From the NCBI GenBank assembly GCA_965242525.1, contig OZ251459.1:544001-608000 (forward strand): 64,000 nt of DNA, in the 5' to 3' direction. Source of the stretch: an uncultured Candidatus Binatia bacterium. GTDB lineage: Bacteria > Desulfobacterota > Binatia > UBA9968 > JAJDTQ01. The first letter of the stretch is position 1. Every line of letters begins with the position of its first letter. The notes under the pieces were generated by a model. That model did not search any database, was not told where the DNA came from, and saw only the letters and a program-made list of their open reading frames with translations. A program made the translations under genes and the position numbers. This document shows, piece after piece, positions 11,065-21,923 of this stretch.

Positions 11065-12084
11065 ATGCAGTTGGGCATGATCGGTTTGGGAAGGATGGGC
11101 GCCAACATGGCCAAGCGGCTGATCCGGGCGGGGCACGAGTTGGTGGTCTTCGACAGGAGCGCCGACGCGGTACGGGGAATGGCGGGAGAGGGCGCGGCGG
11201 GCAGCGCTTCGCCGGCCGAGTTCGCGGCGAAGCTGCGGAAGCCTCGGGCGGTGTGGATGATGGTGCCCGCGGCCGCGGTGGACCAGACCATCGACGCGTT
11301 CGCGGAGCACATGGAGGGAGGCGACATCCTCATCGACGGCGGCAACTCCCATTACATCGACGACATCCGCCGGGCCCGGGATCTCGCGCCCCGGGGCATC
11401 CACTACGTGGACGTGGGCACCAGCGGCGGCGTCTGGGGCCTGGAGCGGGGCTACTGCCAGATGATCGGCGGCGAGCCGGGACCGGTGGGCCGCCTGGACC
11501 CGGTCTTTGCGGCGCTGGCGCCCGACATGGCTACGGCGCCGCCCACCCCGGGCCGGGCCTCGGGCAAGGGCACCGCGGAGCGGGGCTACCTTCACTGCGG
11601 CCCACACGGCGCCGGCCACTTCGTGAAGATGGTCCACAACGGTATCGAGTACGGCCTCATGGCGGCCTACGCCGAGGGGTTCAACATCCTGAAGCACGCC
11701 AACGTGGGCAAGCAGGGAAACGCCGCCAGCGCGGAGCAGACGCCGTTGCGGGATCCGGAGCACTACCGGTACGACTTCGACCTGGGAGAGGTGGCCGAGC
11801 TGTGGCGCCGGGGCAGCGTGGTCACCTCCTGGCTGCTGGACCTCACCGCCAACGCGCTGCTGGAAGACCCGGACCTGGGACGGTTCGGCGGCCGGGTGTC
11901 CGACTCCGGCGAAGGGCGCTGGACCATCCACGCGGCCGTGGACGAAGCGGTGCCGGCCCACGTCCTGACCGCGGCCCTGTTCGAGCGGTTCAGTTCCCGC
12001 GGGGAAGCCGACTTCGCCGACAAGCTGCTTTCGGCCATGCGCTTCCAGTTCGGCGGACACGAGGAGCTCCCCGGCAAGGAGTAG
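11065..12084 (+). CDS. gnd: 6-phosphogluconate dehydrogenase (decarboxylating, short NAD-type)
   Basis: [47 protein letters not shown]. Confidence 0.95.
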   Translation: MQLGMIGLGRMGANMAKRLIRAGHELVVFDRSADAVRGMAGEGAAGSASPAEFAAKLRKPRAVWMMVPAAAVDQTIDAFAEHMEGGDILIDGGNSHYIDDIRRARDLAPRGIHYVDVGTSGGVWGLERGYCQMIGGEPGPVGRLDPVFAALAPDMATAPPTPGRASGKGTAERGYLHCGPHGAGHFVKMVHNGIEYGLMAAYAEGFNILKHANVGKQGNAASAEQTPLRDPEHYRYDFDLGEVAELWRRGSVVTSWLLDLTANALLEDPDLGRFGGRVSDSGEGRWTIHAAVDEAVPAHVLTAALFERFSSRGEADFADKLLSAMRFQFGGHEELPGKE

Positions 12085-12099
12085 CCGGAAGGGCGGTCC

Positions 12100-12798
12100 A
12101 TGGACGTCCGGGTGTTTCCCGACGCGGACGCGGCGGCGCGGCAGGCCGCGGCCTTCATCGCCGCGGCCGCGCGCTCCGCGGTCAACCGCCGGGGCCGGTT
12201 CGTCTTCGCGGTGAGCGGCGGCCGGACCCCCTGGGTCATGCTGCGCGCCCTCACGCAGGAAGACGTTCCCTGGCAGGCGGTGGAGGTCTTCCAGGTGGAC
12301 GAGCGGGTGGCTCCCGAAGGGCATCCGGACCGGAACCTCACGCGGTTGCGGGAGAGCCTGCTGGAGCAGGCGCCGCTCGCCCCCGGGCAGGTGCACGCCA
12401 TGCCGGTGGAGGCCCATGACCTCCAGGCAGCGGCGCAGCGGTACGCCCGCCGCCTGGCGCGGTTGACGGCGCCGTCGGGCCGCCTGGACCTCGTCCACCT
12501 GGGACTGGGTCCGGACGGCCACACCGCGTCCCTGGTCCCGGGCCAGCCGACGCTGGACGTCCGCGATGCGCAGGCGGCGGTGACCGGCCCCTACCAGGGC
12601 CGCCGCCGCATGACCCTGACCTTCCCGGTCCTGGACCGGGCGCGGCAGGTCCTCTGGGTGGTGACGGGCGAAGACAAGCGGGAGATGCTGTTGCGCCTGA
12701 GCCGCGGCGACGCCGCCATTCCCGCGGGCCGCGTGGCCTCCCGCGCCGCCGTGGTCATGGCCGACCGCGCGGCCGCGGCGCTGCTCCCGCGCCCTTAG
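12100..12798 (+). CDS. pgl: 6-phosphogluconolactonase
   Basis: SGGRTP, QVDER, LGLGPDGHTASL, RMTLT; follows gnd. Confidence 0.92.
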   Translation: MDVRVFPDADAAARQAAAFIAAAARSAVNRRGRFVFAVSGGRTPWVMLRALTQEDVPWQAVEVFQVDERVAPEGHPDRNLTRLRESLLEQAPLAPGQVHAMPVEAHDLQAAAQRYARRLARLTAPSGRLDLVHLGLGPDGHTASLVPGQPTLDVRDAQAAVTGPYQGRRRMTLTFPVLDRARQVLWVVTGEDKREMLLRLSRGDAAIPAGRVASRAAVVMADRAAAALLPRP

Positions 12799-14219
12799 GC
12801 GGGGGAAGTCGGGGGAGGAGGCGCTTTCAGCACTGCCAGCATGTCCTCGGTGCGCGTGAGCTTGACCCGCACCCGTCCCGCCTCCCTGCCCCGGGCGGTC
12901 TCCAGGCGGTCGAGACGCAGCCAGTCCTCGTAGGACACGTAATCGGGTTGCCGCTCCCGCACCAGCCGTTGGGCTGCGGCCACCTCGGGATGGGCCGGCT
13001 CCATGACCGCGCCGGCCCGCAGGTCCTCCAGCATGCGTTCGACGGTCTCCGCGGCGTCGGGCTTGTTGGTGCCGATGACGCCGGTGGGACCGCGCTTGAT
13101 CCATCCCGCGGCATAGAGACCGGCCAGCGGCTTACCGCCCTTCTCCGCCAGCACTCGCCCCCGGTGGTTGGGGATCACGCCCCGGGACTGGTCGAAGGGG
13201 ATGTCGGGCAGGGCCACGCCCTGATAGCCCACGGAGCGGAAGACGATGTCCGCGGGGATGGTTTCGCACTCTTCGGTGGCGCGCGCCCGCAAGGCGCCGT
13301 TGTCGCCGGCGTAGAGTTCGTTCCTCGCCAGGCGGACGGCGCTCACCCGGCCGCGGCCGTCGCCGATGATCTCCGTCGGGGAAAGCAGGAAACGGACCAT
13401 GAGCCGCCGGGCCCTGCCCGCGGGTCGGCGGGCGGCATAGCCTTGCAGGATCTCGACCTTGCGGTTGACCGCCTTGCGGGGATTGGCCTCGACCTCTGCT
13501 TGGCTCAGGGGGTCGAGCCGCGCCTCTTCCGGCAGCACCACCACGTCGGCGCCGGGCAGCTCCCCCATCTCCTTGATCTCGGGGTCGGTGAAGGCGGCCT
13601 GGGCCGGGCCCCGGCGCCCGACCAGATAGACGTTCCGGATCCGGCTCCGTCCCAGCGCTTCCAGGGCGTAGTCGGCCATGTCGGTGACGGCCAGCTCTTC
13701 GTAGGTACGGCACAGGATGCGGGCCACGTCGATGGCGACGTTGCCGACCCCGATGACCACCGCGTTGGTCCCCGACAGGTCGAAGCGGCGCTCCCGGTAG
13801 TCCGGATGGCCGTTGTACCAGGCAACGAATTCCGTGGCCGCGTGGCTGCCGTCGAGGTCTTCCCCCGAGACGCCGAGACTGCGGTCGGTCTGCGCGCCGG
13901 TGGTGAAGCAGATCTGGTGGTAGTGGGCCTTCAGGTCGTCCAGATGGACGTCCCGGCCGTAGCGCACGTTGCCGTAGAAGCGGAAGTTGGGTCTCCGGGC
14001 GATGCGGTCGTAAGCCCGCGCCACCGCCTTGATCTTCTGGTGGTCCGGCGCGACGCCTCCCCGCACCAGGCCGAAGGGCGTGGCGAGCTCGTCGAACACG
14101 TCGATCTCGACGCGCAAGCCGGGTTCGCGGAAGAATCGTTCGACGACGTAGAATCCTGCGGGTCCCGAACCGATGACGGCGACCCGAAGGGGAACGTCGT
14201 CGGTCCCTGCGTTGGGCAT
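12795..14219 (-). CDS. Ferredoxin/adrenodoxin--NADP+ reductase (FprA-like)
   Basis: VIGSGPAGFY, GLVRGGVAPDH, WYNGHP, GVGNVAIDVAR, GWIKRGPTGVIGTN. Confidence 0.92.
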   Translation of the reverse strand: MPNAGTDDVPLRVAVIGSGPAGFYVVERFFREPGLRVEIDVFDELATPFGLVRGGVAPDHQKIKAVARAYDRIARRPNFRFYGNVRYGRDVHLDDLKAHYHQICFTTGAQTDRSLGVSGEDLDGSHAATEFVAWYNGHPDYRERRFDLSGTNAVVIGVGNVAIDVARILCRTYEELAVTDMADYALEALGRSRIRNVYLVGRRGPAQAAFTDPEIKEMGELPGADVVVLPEEARLDPLSQAEVEANPRKAVNRKVEILQGYAARRPAGRARRLMVRFLLSPTEIIGDGRGRVSAVRLARNELYAGDNGALRARATEECETIPADIVFRSVGYQGVALPDIPFDQSRGVIPNHRGRVLAEKGGKPLAGLYAAGWIKRGPTGVIGTNKPDAAETVERMLEDLRAGAVMEPAHPEVAAAQRLVRERQPDYVSYEDWLRLDRLETARGREAGRVRVKLTRTEDMLAVLKAPPPPTSPA

Positions 14220-14390
14220 GGAAGTCTCCCGGCTGGTCCCCGACGGAACGGGGACAGCGGTTTGACCGCTCCGAAACTGGCCGATGTCGTCAATCTACCG
14301 GATTCCCCGTGTGCTTGCCAATGGCCTTTCCGGGGCGTGCCGAGTCCGTTCGTCTCGAAGGACCTCGGAACGGTCCCGGAGGAAAGGCGC

Positions 14391-14430
14391 GTCCTTCGAC
14401 TTCGCTTCGCTACGCTCAGGACGAACGGGG
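14391..14430. repeat. REP-like family B copy
   Basis: GTCCTTCGACTTCGCTTCGCTACGCTCAGGACGAACGGGG. Confidence 0.85.
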
Positions 14431-14638
14431 ACGGGAAGGCACGTGAGGGAAAACCCCCTGTCCACGTCCAGGGTTTCCTTGAAGGGTCCAGGGTTTTCAT
14501 GCTACTGGTTTTCCAGCCTCGGACCGGTTCGCGCGGCGCCCTTCGACCGCAGCGACTCGGAAAGCCATGGGAATTCGGCGGCCTTCCGGGTATAGGCGGG
14601 GCGCCGAAGGGCGCGAACCGCGGGTCGGGAACGAAACC

Positions 14639-15304
14639 ATGCGCATCATCGTGTTGGGTCCGCCTGGAGCGGGCAAGGGAACGCAAGCCGGCGCCATTGC
14701 CGCGGCCTTCGGCATCCCGCAGATCTCCACCGGCGACATGCTGAGGGCGGCGGTGGAGGAGGGCACGGAGTTGGGGCTCCGCTGCAAGGCGGTGATGGAA
14801 GCGGGCGGGCTCGTGTCCGACGACGTCATGGTGGCCCTCGTCAAGGAGCGCATACGGGCCGAGGACTGCCGCCGGGGCTTCCTCTTCGACGGTTTTCCGC
14901 GGACCTTGGCCCAGGCGGAGGCCATGAGGGACAACGACGTCCGGGTGACCCACGTGGTGGAGATCCACGCGCCTCCCGAAGAGGTGGTGGCGAGGCTCAG
15001 CGGCCGGCGCGTGCATCCCGGGTCCGGGCGCACCTACCACGTGGCGTTCCACCCGCCGAAGGTGGAAGGCAGGGACGACGTCACCGGCGAAGCCCTGGCG
15101 CAGCGCGACGACGACAGGGAGGAGACCGTGCGCCGCCGGCTGGAGGTTTACGCTGCGCAGACCGCTCCGTTGGTGGACTACTACACCCGCTGGCAGGCCG
15201 ACGGAGACCCGGCCGCGCCCCGGTACGTCAAGGTGTCGGGGGTGGGGCGGGTGGAGGACGTGCGGAACGCGATTCTGGAGCAACTGGACGGGGGCTCGCC
15301 TTGA
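14639..15304 (+). CDS. adk: Adenylate kinase
   Basis: [41 protein letters not shown]. Confidence 0.96.
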   Translation: MRIIVLGPPGAGKGTQAGAIAAAFGIPQISTGDMLRAAVEEGTELGLRCKAVMEAGGLVSDDVMVALVKERIRAEDCRRGFLFDGFPRTLAQAEAMRDNDVRVTHVVEIHAPPEEVVARLSGRRVHPGSGRTYHVAFHPPKVEGRDDVTGEALAQRDDDREETVRRRLEVYAAQTAPLVDYYTRWQADGDPAAPRYVKVSGVGRVEDVRNAILEQLDGGSP

Positions 15305-15321
15305 CCGCCGGAGGACTCGGC

Positions 15322-16116
15322 ATGGCCCGTCGCCGTCCTCGCGTGACCGTGGACCACTTCGACGCGGTGCTCTTCGACCTGGACGGCGTCCTGACCTCCA
15401 CGGCCCGGGTCCATTCCGTGTGCTGGAAGAAGATGTTCGACGCCTTCCTGCGGCAGCGCGCCGCGGAAACCGGCGGGGAGTTCACGCCCTTCGACCCGGA
15501 CGCCGACTACAAGCGCTACGTGGACGGCAAGCCCCGCTACGACGGGGTCCGGAGCTTCCTGGAGTCCAGGGGCATCGAGTTGCCCTACGGGGACCCCGGC
15601 GACCCACCCGGAACGTTGAGCGTCTGCGGCCTCGGCAACCGCAAGGACCGGCTGTTCCACGAGGTGCTGAGGGCGGAAGGGGTGGAGGCCTACGAGGGCA
15701 CCGTGCGCTGGGCGCGGGACCTCCGCAGCCGGGGCATGAAGACCGCGGTGGTGTCGTCGAGCAAGAACTGCAAGGCCATCATGGAGGCCGCGGCCATCGA
15801 CCGCCTGTTCGACGCCCGCATGGACGGAGAGGTGGCCGCACGGCTGGGGATCCCGGGCAAGCCGGCCCCGGACACCTACCTCAAGGCCGCACGGGATCTG
15901 GGCGTGAGTCCGGAAAGGGCTGTGGTGGTGGAAGACGCCCTTTCCGGCGTGCAGGCGGGCCGCCGAGGCGGCTTCGGGCTGGTCATCGGGGTGGACCGCC
16001 ACGACGACGCCGACGCCCTCCGCGACCACGGCGCGGACATGGTGGTGGCCGACCTGGCCGAGATGCTGGACGGCGGACCCGACCGTCACCCGGCGTCGGG
16101 AAAGGCCCTCTCGTAA
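15322..16116 (+). CDS. HAD hydrolase, beta-phosphoglucomutase family
   Basis: FDLDGVLT, YVDGKPRYDGV, VSSSKN, GKPAPD, VVEDA. Confidence 0.88.
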   Translation: MARRRPRVTVDHFDAVLFDLDGVLTSTARVHSVCWKKMFDAFLRQRAAETGGEFTPFDPDADYKRYVDGKPRYDGVRSFLESRGIELPYGDPGDPPGTLSVCGLGNRKDRLFHEVLRAEGVEAYEGTVRWARDLRSRGMKTAVVSSSKNCKAIMEAAAIDRLFDARMDGEVAARLGIPGKPAPDTYLKAARDLGVSPERAVVVEDALSGVQAGRRGGFGLVIGVDRHDDADALRDHGADMVVADLAEMLDGGPDRHPASGKALS

Positions 16117-16184
16117 TTGCGCGCCCGGACCCGAGACGATAAGAAGGAAAAGGAAGGGAGAGACGAGGAGAAGGGAGGGGATCG

Positions 16185-16739
16185 ATGAAGCTCGAGGTTC
16201 AAGTCACGTTTCGGGACATGGAGCCCTCTCGCGGCGTCGAGCAGGCCATACGCGAGAAGGCGGCCAAGCTCGACCAGTTCCATGACCGCATCACCGGGTG
16301 CCGCGTGGTGGTGGCCGCTCCCCATCGCCACCATCACAAGGGCAGGCTCTACAACGTCCGCATCGACATGACGGTGCCCGGCGGCGAGCTGGTGGTGAAC
16401 CGCGACAACAGCCGGGCCGCCGCGCACCACGACGTCCACGTGGCCGTCCGTGACGCCTTCAACGCCGCCAAGCGGCAGCTACAGGACTATGCGCGCCGCC
16501 GCCGCGGCGAGGTGAAGACGCATCCCGCGGGGGACGCGGCGCGGGTCAGCAAGCTGTTCTCCGCCAAGGGTTACGGCTTCATCGAGACCAGCGACGGTCG
16601 TGAGATCTATTTCCACGAGAACAGCGTGGTGGAGGGGTTCCAGCACCTGACGCTGGGCACGCGAGTCCGCTTCACCGAAGAGGAAGGCCAGAAGGGGCCT
16701 CAGGCCAGCACCGTCCGCCTGGCCCACGGATCGGTCTAG
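16185..16739 (+). CDS. HPF/RaiA ribosome-associated protein fused to a cold-shock domain
   Basis: N-terminal S30EA-like (QVTFRDMEPS...RITGCRVVV), C-terminal CSD (KGYGFIETSDGREIYFHENS...GPQA). Confidence 0.88.
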   Translation: MKLEVQVTFRDMEPSRGVEQAIREKAAKLDQFHDRITGCRVVVAAPHRHHHKGRLYNVRIDMTVPGGELVVNRDNSRAAAHHDVHVAVRDAFNAAKRQLQDYARRRRGEVKTHPAGDAARVSKLFSAKGYGFIETSDGREIYFHENSVVEGFQHLTLGTRVRFTEEEGQKGPQASTVRLAHGSV

Positions 16740-16753
16740 GAGGGTCCGGGAGA

Positions 16754-16790
16754 CGGGAAGGGGGCCGTTGCGCCGACGGCCCCCTTCCCG
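16754..16790. terminator. GC-rich hairpin between convergent genes (possible bidirectional terminator)
   Basis: CGGGAAGGGGGCCGT-loop-ACGGCCCCCTTCCCG perfect 15-bp stem; no clear U-tract. Confidence 0.55.
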
Positions 16791-16823
16791 GTCCCGCAGC
16801 GCAGGCGTTTCCGGCCGCTTGCG

Positions 16824-18344
16824 CTACTCCTGGAGGTTCAGTCCCGTTACCGTGCTCCGGAGCTTCCTCAGGGCGCGCTGCTCGATCTGGCGAATGCGTT
16901 CCCTCGTGAGGGAGAAACGCTCGCCAAGCTCCTCCAGCGTATAGTCCCGCACCTCGCCGATGCCGAAGCGGAACCGGAGCACCGCTTCCTCCCGCGGCGG
17001 CAGCGTCGCCAGCACCTTCTTGACCTTGTCGCGCAGGTTGGCGTGGATGGTCTGCTCCAGGGGCTTGGGGATGTGCTTGTCCTCCACGAAGTCCCCGAGG
17101 CGGCTTTCCTCGTCGTCCCCCATGGGGGTTTCCAGGGAGACCGGCTCCTTGACGATGCGCATCAGCCTGCGGATCTCGTCCGTGGTCAGTCCCATTTCCT
17201 CGGCGACTTCGTCCGGCTGCGGCTCCCTTCCCAGCTTGCGGTGAAGCGACCGGTGCGCGCGGATGAGCTTGTTCCGGGTCTCGATCATGTGGACCGGGAT
17301 GCGTATGGTGGGCGCGGAGTCGATGATGCCCCGGGTGATGCTCTGGCGAATCCACCAGCCCGCGTAGGTGGAGAAGCGGTAGCCCAGCCGGTAGTCGAAC
17401 TTCTCCGCGGCCCGCATCAGGCCCACGTTGCCCTCCTGGATGAGGTCGAGGAACTGGAGGCCGCGGTTGCCGTACTTCTTCGCCAGGCTCACCACCAGCC
17501 GCAGGTTGGCCTCGATGAGGATCTTCTTGGCCGACGAAGCCTTGAACTCGGCCGCGTTGATGGCCGCCGCGTGGCGCGCGATCTCCACCGCGGACGACCC
17601 CATGGCCTTCTCGACAGCCTTCACCTCGGCCGCGGCCCGCTCCGCGGCGTTCCCGCGGGCATGGCTCCGGATCCGTTCCTGGAGCGCGACGATGGTCCGG
17701 TGCGATTCCTTGAGGCTGGCGCCCACGTCGTCGATCCATTCCTTGGACAGGCGCAGCCCTTTCATGGCCCCGGCGATGCGCGCGTGCTTCTTGCCCAGTG
17801 CGGTTTCCAGCTCCTTCCGGCGCTTCTGGGAGGTCCTCTTTCGGGCCAGCTCCGCCTGCATGCGCTCTCGTTCCCTGACCAAGCGGCGCAGGTCCGTGAC
17901 GCCCTTGCGGAACCGGGGGCGTTCGACCGCCATGTCGAAGGCTTCCCCGTCGTCCCCCGTCATGAGCACGCGTTCCAGCGGCGTTTCGTTCTTCTTGATC
18001 TCCTCGGCCAAGTCGAGCACCCGGCGAAGGGCGAGAGGGGAGGCGATGACGCTGTCGATGTACTCCTCCTGGCCCTGCTCCATCTGCTTGCCGAGATGCA
18101 CCTCGCGTTCCCTCGTCAACAACGGGGTGGAGCCGATGTCCCGAAGGTACAGCGATACCGGGTCGGTCTTCTCGTCCATCCGGTCGCTGTCCACCGGAAC
18201 GGGACTCTGCGAGGTTTCCTCGGAAAGGGACGCCGCCTGCTCTTCGTCCTCGACCGCCCCCTCCCCCATGGCGATATCGTCAAGCTCGTCGATTGAGTCG
18301 TCCATCGCATCCTCGGTGCATTCGATGTTCAAGGCTCTCTCCAT
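16824..18344 (-). CDS. RNA polymerase sigma70 factor, RpoD/SigA-like (lacks region 1.1)
   Basis: Region 1.2 [11 protein letters not shown], region 2 [31 protein letters not shown], region 4 [20 protein letters not shown]. Confidence 0.92.
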   Translation of the reverse strand: MERALNIECTEDAMDDSIDELDDIAMGEGAVEDEEQAASLSEETSQSPVPVDSDRMDEKTDPVSLYLRDIGSTPLLTREREVHLGKQMEQGQEEYIDSVIASPLALRRVLDLAEEIKKNETPLERVLMTGDDGEAFDMAVERPRFRKGVTDLRRLVRERERMQAELARKRTSQKRRKELETALGKKHARIAGAMKGLRLSKEWIDDVGASLKESHRTIVALQERIRSHARGNAAERAAAEVKAVEKAMGSSAVEIARHAAAINAAEFKASSAKKILIEANLRLVVSLAKKYGNRGLQFLDLIQEGNVGLMRAAEKFDYRLGYRFSTYAGWWIRQSITRGIIDSAPTIRIPVHMIETRNKLIRAHRSLHRKLGREPQPDEVAEEMGLTTDEIRRLMRIVKEPVSLETPMGDDEESRLGDFVEDKHIPKPLEQTIHANLRDKVKKVLATLPPREEAVLRFRFGIGEVRDYTLEELGERFSLTRERIRQIEQRALRKLRSTVTGLNLQE

Positions 18345-18586
18345 CGTCCTTGCCTTTGCGGTGGTTCGCCACGCCGTCCCTCGAGGGGCCAAGCCCTCTC
18401 GGGTCATCCGCCGGTCCACCCGTCCGATGACGGAACGCAACGACGCGAAACCGTTGGTGCTCCCGCTTGCCTGGCAGGCGGAAGCGTCACCGGAGAATCG
18501 ACGGAACGGGCACGATGTTGTACTTGTGCGTTGGGACAGTCCCTGCAGACCCGGCAGTGGTCCTTGAGGAAAATCAGCAACAACCT

Positions 18587-18615
18587 ACGCTATCACCGGC
18601 AATGTCCTTTGTCAA
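18587..18615 (-). promoter_or_regulatory. Putative sigma70 promoter for the RpoD-like gene
   Basis: Minus strand TTGACA-N17-TAGCGT in the AT-richer intergenic region. Confidence 0.55.
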
Positions 18616-18641
18616 GCACAAGTTGCCGGTTCGAGGCGGTG

Positions 18642-20066
18642 TCACTTGTCGTCGCGGAGGCCGTATTTCCGAAGTTTGTACCGGAGGGCGCGCTCGCTGA
18701 TGCCGAGGCTTTCCGCGGCCCTGGTCTGCACGCCGCCGGCGGCGCTGAGGGCATCGACGATCATGCGGCGCTCCATCCCTTCGACCATCGCCGCAAGGTT
18801 GGTCCGGTCCCCCCCGGCCGCGCGCGTCTCCTTGATGGTGAGGGGCAGTTCCCCCAGGCTGACGACGTCGTGGCGGGTGAGCACGATGGCTCGCTCCACC
18901 AGGTTCTCCAGCTCGCGGACGTTGCCGGGGTAATCGTAGCGCAGCAGCGCATCCCGGGCCTCGTGGGCAAACCCCCGGATGGTCTTGTCGTTCTTGTCCG
19001 CAAACTTCCGGAGGAAGTGGTCGATGAGCGCGGGGAGGTCCTGCCGGCGCTCCCGCAAGGGCGGCAGGATGATGGTGACGACGTTCAGGCGATAGTAGAG
19101 GTCTTCGCGGAAGCTCCCGTCCCGCATGAGTTGCTCCAGGTCCCGGTGGGTCGCGGTGATGATGCGCACGTCGGTGGTGATGGCGCGGTTCGATCCCACG
19201 CGCTCGAATTCCTTCTCCTGCAGCACGCGCAGGAGCTTCGCCTGCAAGTGGGCGGGCAGGTCGCCGATCTCGTCCAGGAACAGGGTGCCCTTGTCGGCGA
19301 TCTCGAAACGGCCCTTGCGCATGGCGAAGGCGCCCGTGAACGCCCCCTTCTCGTGCCCGAACAGCTCCGATTCCAGCAGCGTTTCCGGCAACGCCGCGCA
19401 GTTCACCTTCACCAGCGGCCCGTTCTTGCGGCCGCTGGCGTAGTGGATGGCCTTGGCGATGAGTTCCTTGCCGGTGCCGCTCTCGCCCCGAAGCAGGACC
19501 GTGGCGTCGCTGGGAGCCACCCTTCGCACCAGGTCCAGGACTTCCTGCATCTGGCCGCTCTCGCCGATGACGCCCTCGATGCGGTGGCGCTCCTGCAGCG
19601 CCTCCCGGAGCTCCGTGTTCTCCCGGAGCAGTTGGTGGCTGCGTTTGACCCGCTCGATGCGGAGCAGGATCTCTTCCAGGTTGAGGGGCTTGGTGAGGTA
19701 GTCGGTGGCGCCGTCCTTCATGGCGGAGACCGCGGTCTCGATGCTGCCGTAGGCGGTCATGACGATGACGGCCACCTCCGGGTCCACCGCGCGGCATTGC
19801 TTCAGCAGGTCCAGGCCCGACATCTCGGGCATCCGCTGGTCCGTGAGCACCAGGTCGAAGGGTTCCATGCGAAACCGCTCCATCGCGTGGACGGCGCTCT
19901 CCATCAGCGCCACCTCGAACCCGTTCTTGCGCAGGAAGCCGCCGACGAGTTCGAGCTGGGTGCTCTCGTCGTCCACCACCATGACGTGGAAGCGGTCGCC
20001 GCGCGCGGCCTCCCGGTGGCCCGGGGTCCGCGTTCGGACGTCCTCCTGGTATGCCTGCTCGGTCAT
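18642..20066 (-). CDS. Sigma54-dependent response regulator (NtrC/ZraR family)
   Basis: Receiver VVDDE/LTDQRMP, GESGTGKE, ESELFGHEKGAFTGA, LFLDEIG, PGNVRELEN, Fis HTH. Confidence 0.95.
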   Translation of the reverse strand: MTEQAYQEDVRTRTPGHREAARGDRFHVMVVDDESTQLELVGGFLRKNGFEVALMESAVHAMERFRMEPFDLVLTDQRMPEMSGLDLLKQCRAVDPEVAVIVMTAYGSIETAVSAMKDGATDYLTKPLNLEEILLRIERVKRSHQLLRENTELREALQERHRIEGVIGESGQMQEVLDLVRRVAPSDATVLLRGESGTGKELIAKAIHYASGRKNGPLVKVNCAALPETLLESELFGHEKGAFTGAFAMRKGRFEIADKGTLFLDEIGDLPAHLQAKLLRVLQEKEFERVGSNRAITTDVRIITATHRDLEQLMRDGSFREDLYYRLNVVTIILPPLRERRQDLPALIDHFLRKFADKNDKTIRGFAHEARDALLRYDYPGNVRELENLVERAIVLTRHDVVSLGELPLTIKETRAAGGDRTNLAAMVEGMERRMIVDALSAAGGVQTRAAESLGISERALRYKLRKYGLRDDK

Positions 20067-20158
20067 GTGGCGTCGCCGCTCGGGGTATCTCCCATCCGGG
20101 CCGGGCGCATCCGCGGAACCTTCGGGCCGCCGGGCGGATCGCCCGGCTGCCGGGGGGC

Positions 20159-21868
20159 TCACCCCGGCGTGTGGTCCAACGGCAGGATGATCTCGAAGCG
20201 GCTGCCGTTCCCCGCCTTGCTGGTCACGTGGATGGTCCCGCCGTGTCCTTCGACGATCCTGCGCGCAATGGCCAGACCCAGCCCCGAACCGTCGGTCCTG
20301 GTGGTAAAGTAGGGCTCGAAGATGCGCTCCAGGTTCTCCTGCGCGATTCCCACCCCGGTGTCGCTGACCGAAAGCCGCATCCTGCCGTCCCGCACCGAGG
20401 TCTCGATGGCCAGCCTGCCTCCCTGGGGCATGGCCTGGAGGCCGTTCAGGACGAGGTTCAGCAACACCTGCTTGAGGTAGGCGGGGTCCGCCTCCACCAC
20501 CGGTGGCGGCCCGTGGTGCGCCACCTCGACCTCCACCCCGGCCGCGGCGGCGTCGCCCCGGGTCAACGTGGTCAGCTCGTTCAGCAACCGATCGACCTTC
20601 ACCGTGTCCGGTTTCATGCTCAGCGGGCGGGCGAGGGTCAGGAACTCCTCCACGATGGCGTTCAGCCGGTGGACCTCTCCCCGCATCAACTCGATGAAGT
20701 GGCTGTACTCACCCTCTTCCCGGGTCGGCCGGAACTCCGCCTTGAGACGTTGCAGCCCCATGGAGATGGCGTTGAGGGGGTTCCTGACCTCGTGGGCCAC
20801 GGTGGCCGCCAGGTTGCCCATCATCGAAAGGTGCTCCCGGCGTTCGACTTCCGCCTCCAGTGCCTTGATCTCCTGCATGTGGGACCGCTGGTTGTAGAGG
20901 ATCGCGGTGAACCCGAGCATGCCCAGCGCCAGGATGCCGCCGCCGAGGCCCACCATGGACCAGAGGCTCTGCCTCCACGCCGCGTCCACCGACTCCATGG
21001 ACAGGCCGATCCTCAGGAACCCCATGGGAGCGTCGTCCAGGGTGATGGGCTTCACGAGGTCGTAACGCCGGCCCGCTTCGCCCGTATCCACGATGCGATG
21101 GGCCGAACGCTCGGTGGACCGGGCCCGGGCGGTCAGGTCGTCGGCCATCCGGGTCCCCACCAGCCTGGGGCTGGTATGGGCGAGCACCGTGAAGTCGTTG
21201 TCGAGCAGCGCGAGCCGATGGATGTCGTCCTGTCGTCCGAGGTCCTGGATCTGGCGCTGGACGCCGATCTCGCTCTGCAGCTTCAGCATGTAGGAAGCGT
21301 CCGCGTGGACCGCGATGAAGCCGGGGAAGCTCCGGGCTTCGAGGGCCACGCCGAAGACGCTGTCCTCCCAGAACCTGTGCTCGGGAAGCGCCGGCGGCTG
21401 CCCCGGAGTCTGTGACCAGAGCCGGCCCCAGATGTGGACCGCGGCCTTGCGGCCGGAGAACGGGTCCTGGAACTCGGCGATGAAACCGCTGATGCGCGGC
21501 TGTCCGCCTTCGGTGTGGGAGACCAGGGGGCGGCCCTGGCGGTCCAGGATCTCCACCTTGTGAAGCCCGTTCAGGTCGCTGATGCGCTGCACCAGCCGGG
21601 CAGGGGAGTTGGAGGTCAGGAGCCGGTCGATGAGCCGCGCGTTGTCGAGCAGGCGCTGCCGGACCAGGGTCTCGATCAGCGCGTTCCCCTTGATGGACTT
21701 CTTGGCGCTGGTCTCCATGCTCTTGGTCAGGGCCAGCGCCTTGACCTCCACCTGCCGCACCAGCTCCTCCTCCAGCCAGCGGCTCTCGTAGAAGACGTAG
21801 AGCGAGAAGAGGACCAGCAGCAGCAGGACCGAGGCCAGGAAGTAGGGAACTAGGGAAGCTCGTTTCAT
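20159..21868 (-). CDS. Membrane sensor histidine kinase (ZraS/AtoS-like)
   Basis: Two TM segments, H-box VAHEVRNPLNAI, N-box, DTGVG, FTT, GSGLGL. Confidence 0.92.
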   Translation of the reverse strand: MKRASLVPYFLASVLLLLVLFSLYVFYESRWLEEELVRQVEVKALALTKSMETSAKKSIKGNALIETLVRQRLLDNARLIDRLLTSNSPARLVQRISDLNGLHKVEILDRQGRPLVSHTEGGQPRISGFIAEFQDPFSGRKAAVHIWGRLWSQTPGQPPALPEHRFWEDSVFGVALEARSFPGFIAVHADASYMLKLQSEIGVQRQIQDLGRQDDIHRLALLDNDFTVLAHTSPRLVGTRMADDLTARARSTERSAHRIVDTGEAGRRYDLVKPITLDDAPMGFLRIGLSMESVDAAWRQSLWSMVGLGGGILALGMLGFTAILYNQRSHMQEIKALEAEVERREHLSMMGNLAATVAHEVRNPLNAISMGLQRLKAEFRPTREEGEYSHFIELMRGEVHRLNAIVEEFLTLARPLSMKPDTVKVDRLLNELTTLTRGDAAAAGVEVEVAHHGPPPVVEADPAYLKQVLLNLVLNGLQAMPQGGRLAIETSVRDGRMRLSVSDTGVGIAQENLERIFEPYFTTRTDGSGLGLAIARRIVEGHGGTIHVTSKAGNGSRFEIILPLDHTPG

Positions 21869-21923
21869 GCCGGTGCGTACCCCGTCTTCGAATCTTTCTC
21901 CGAACCTCGTTCCGCTCCCGGGG

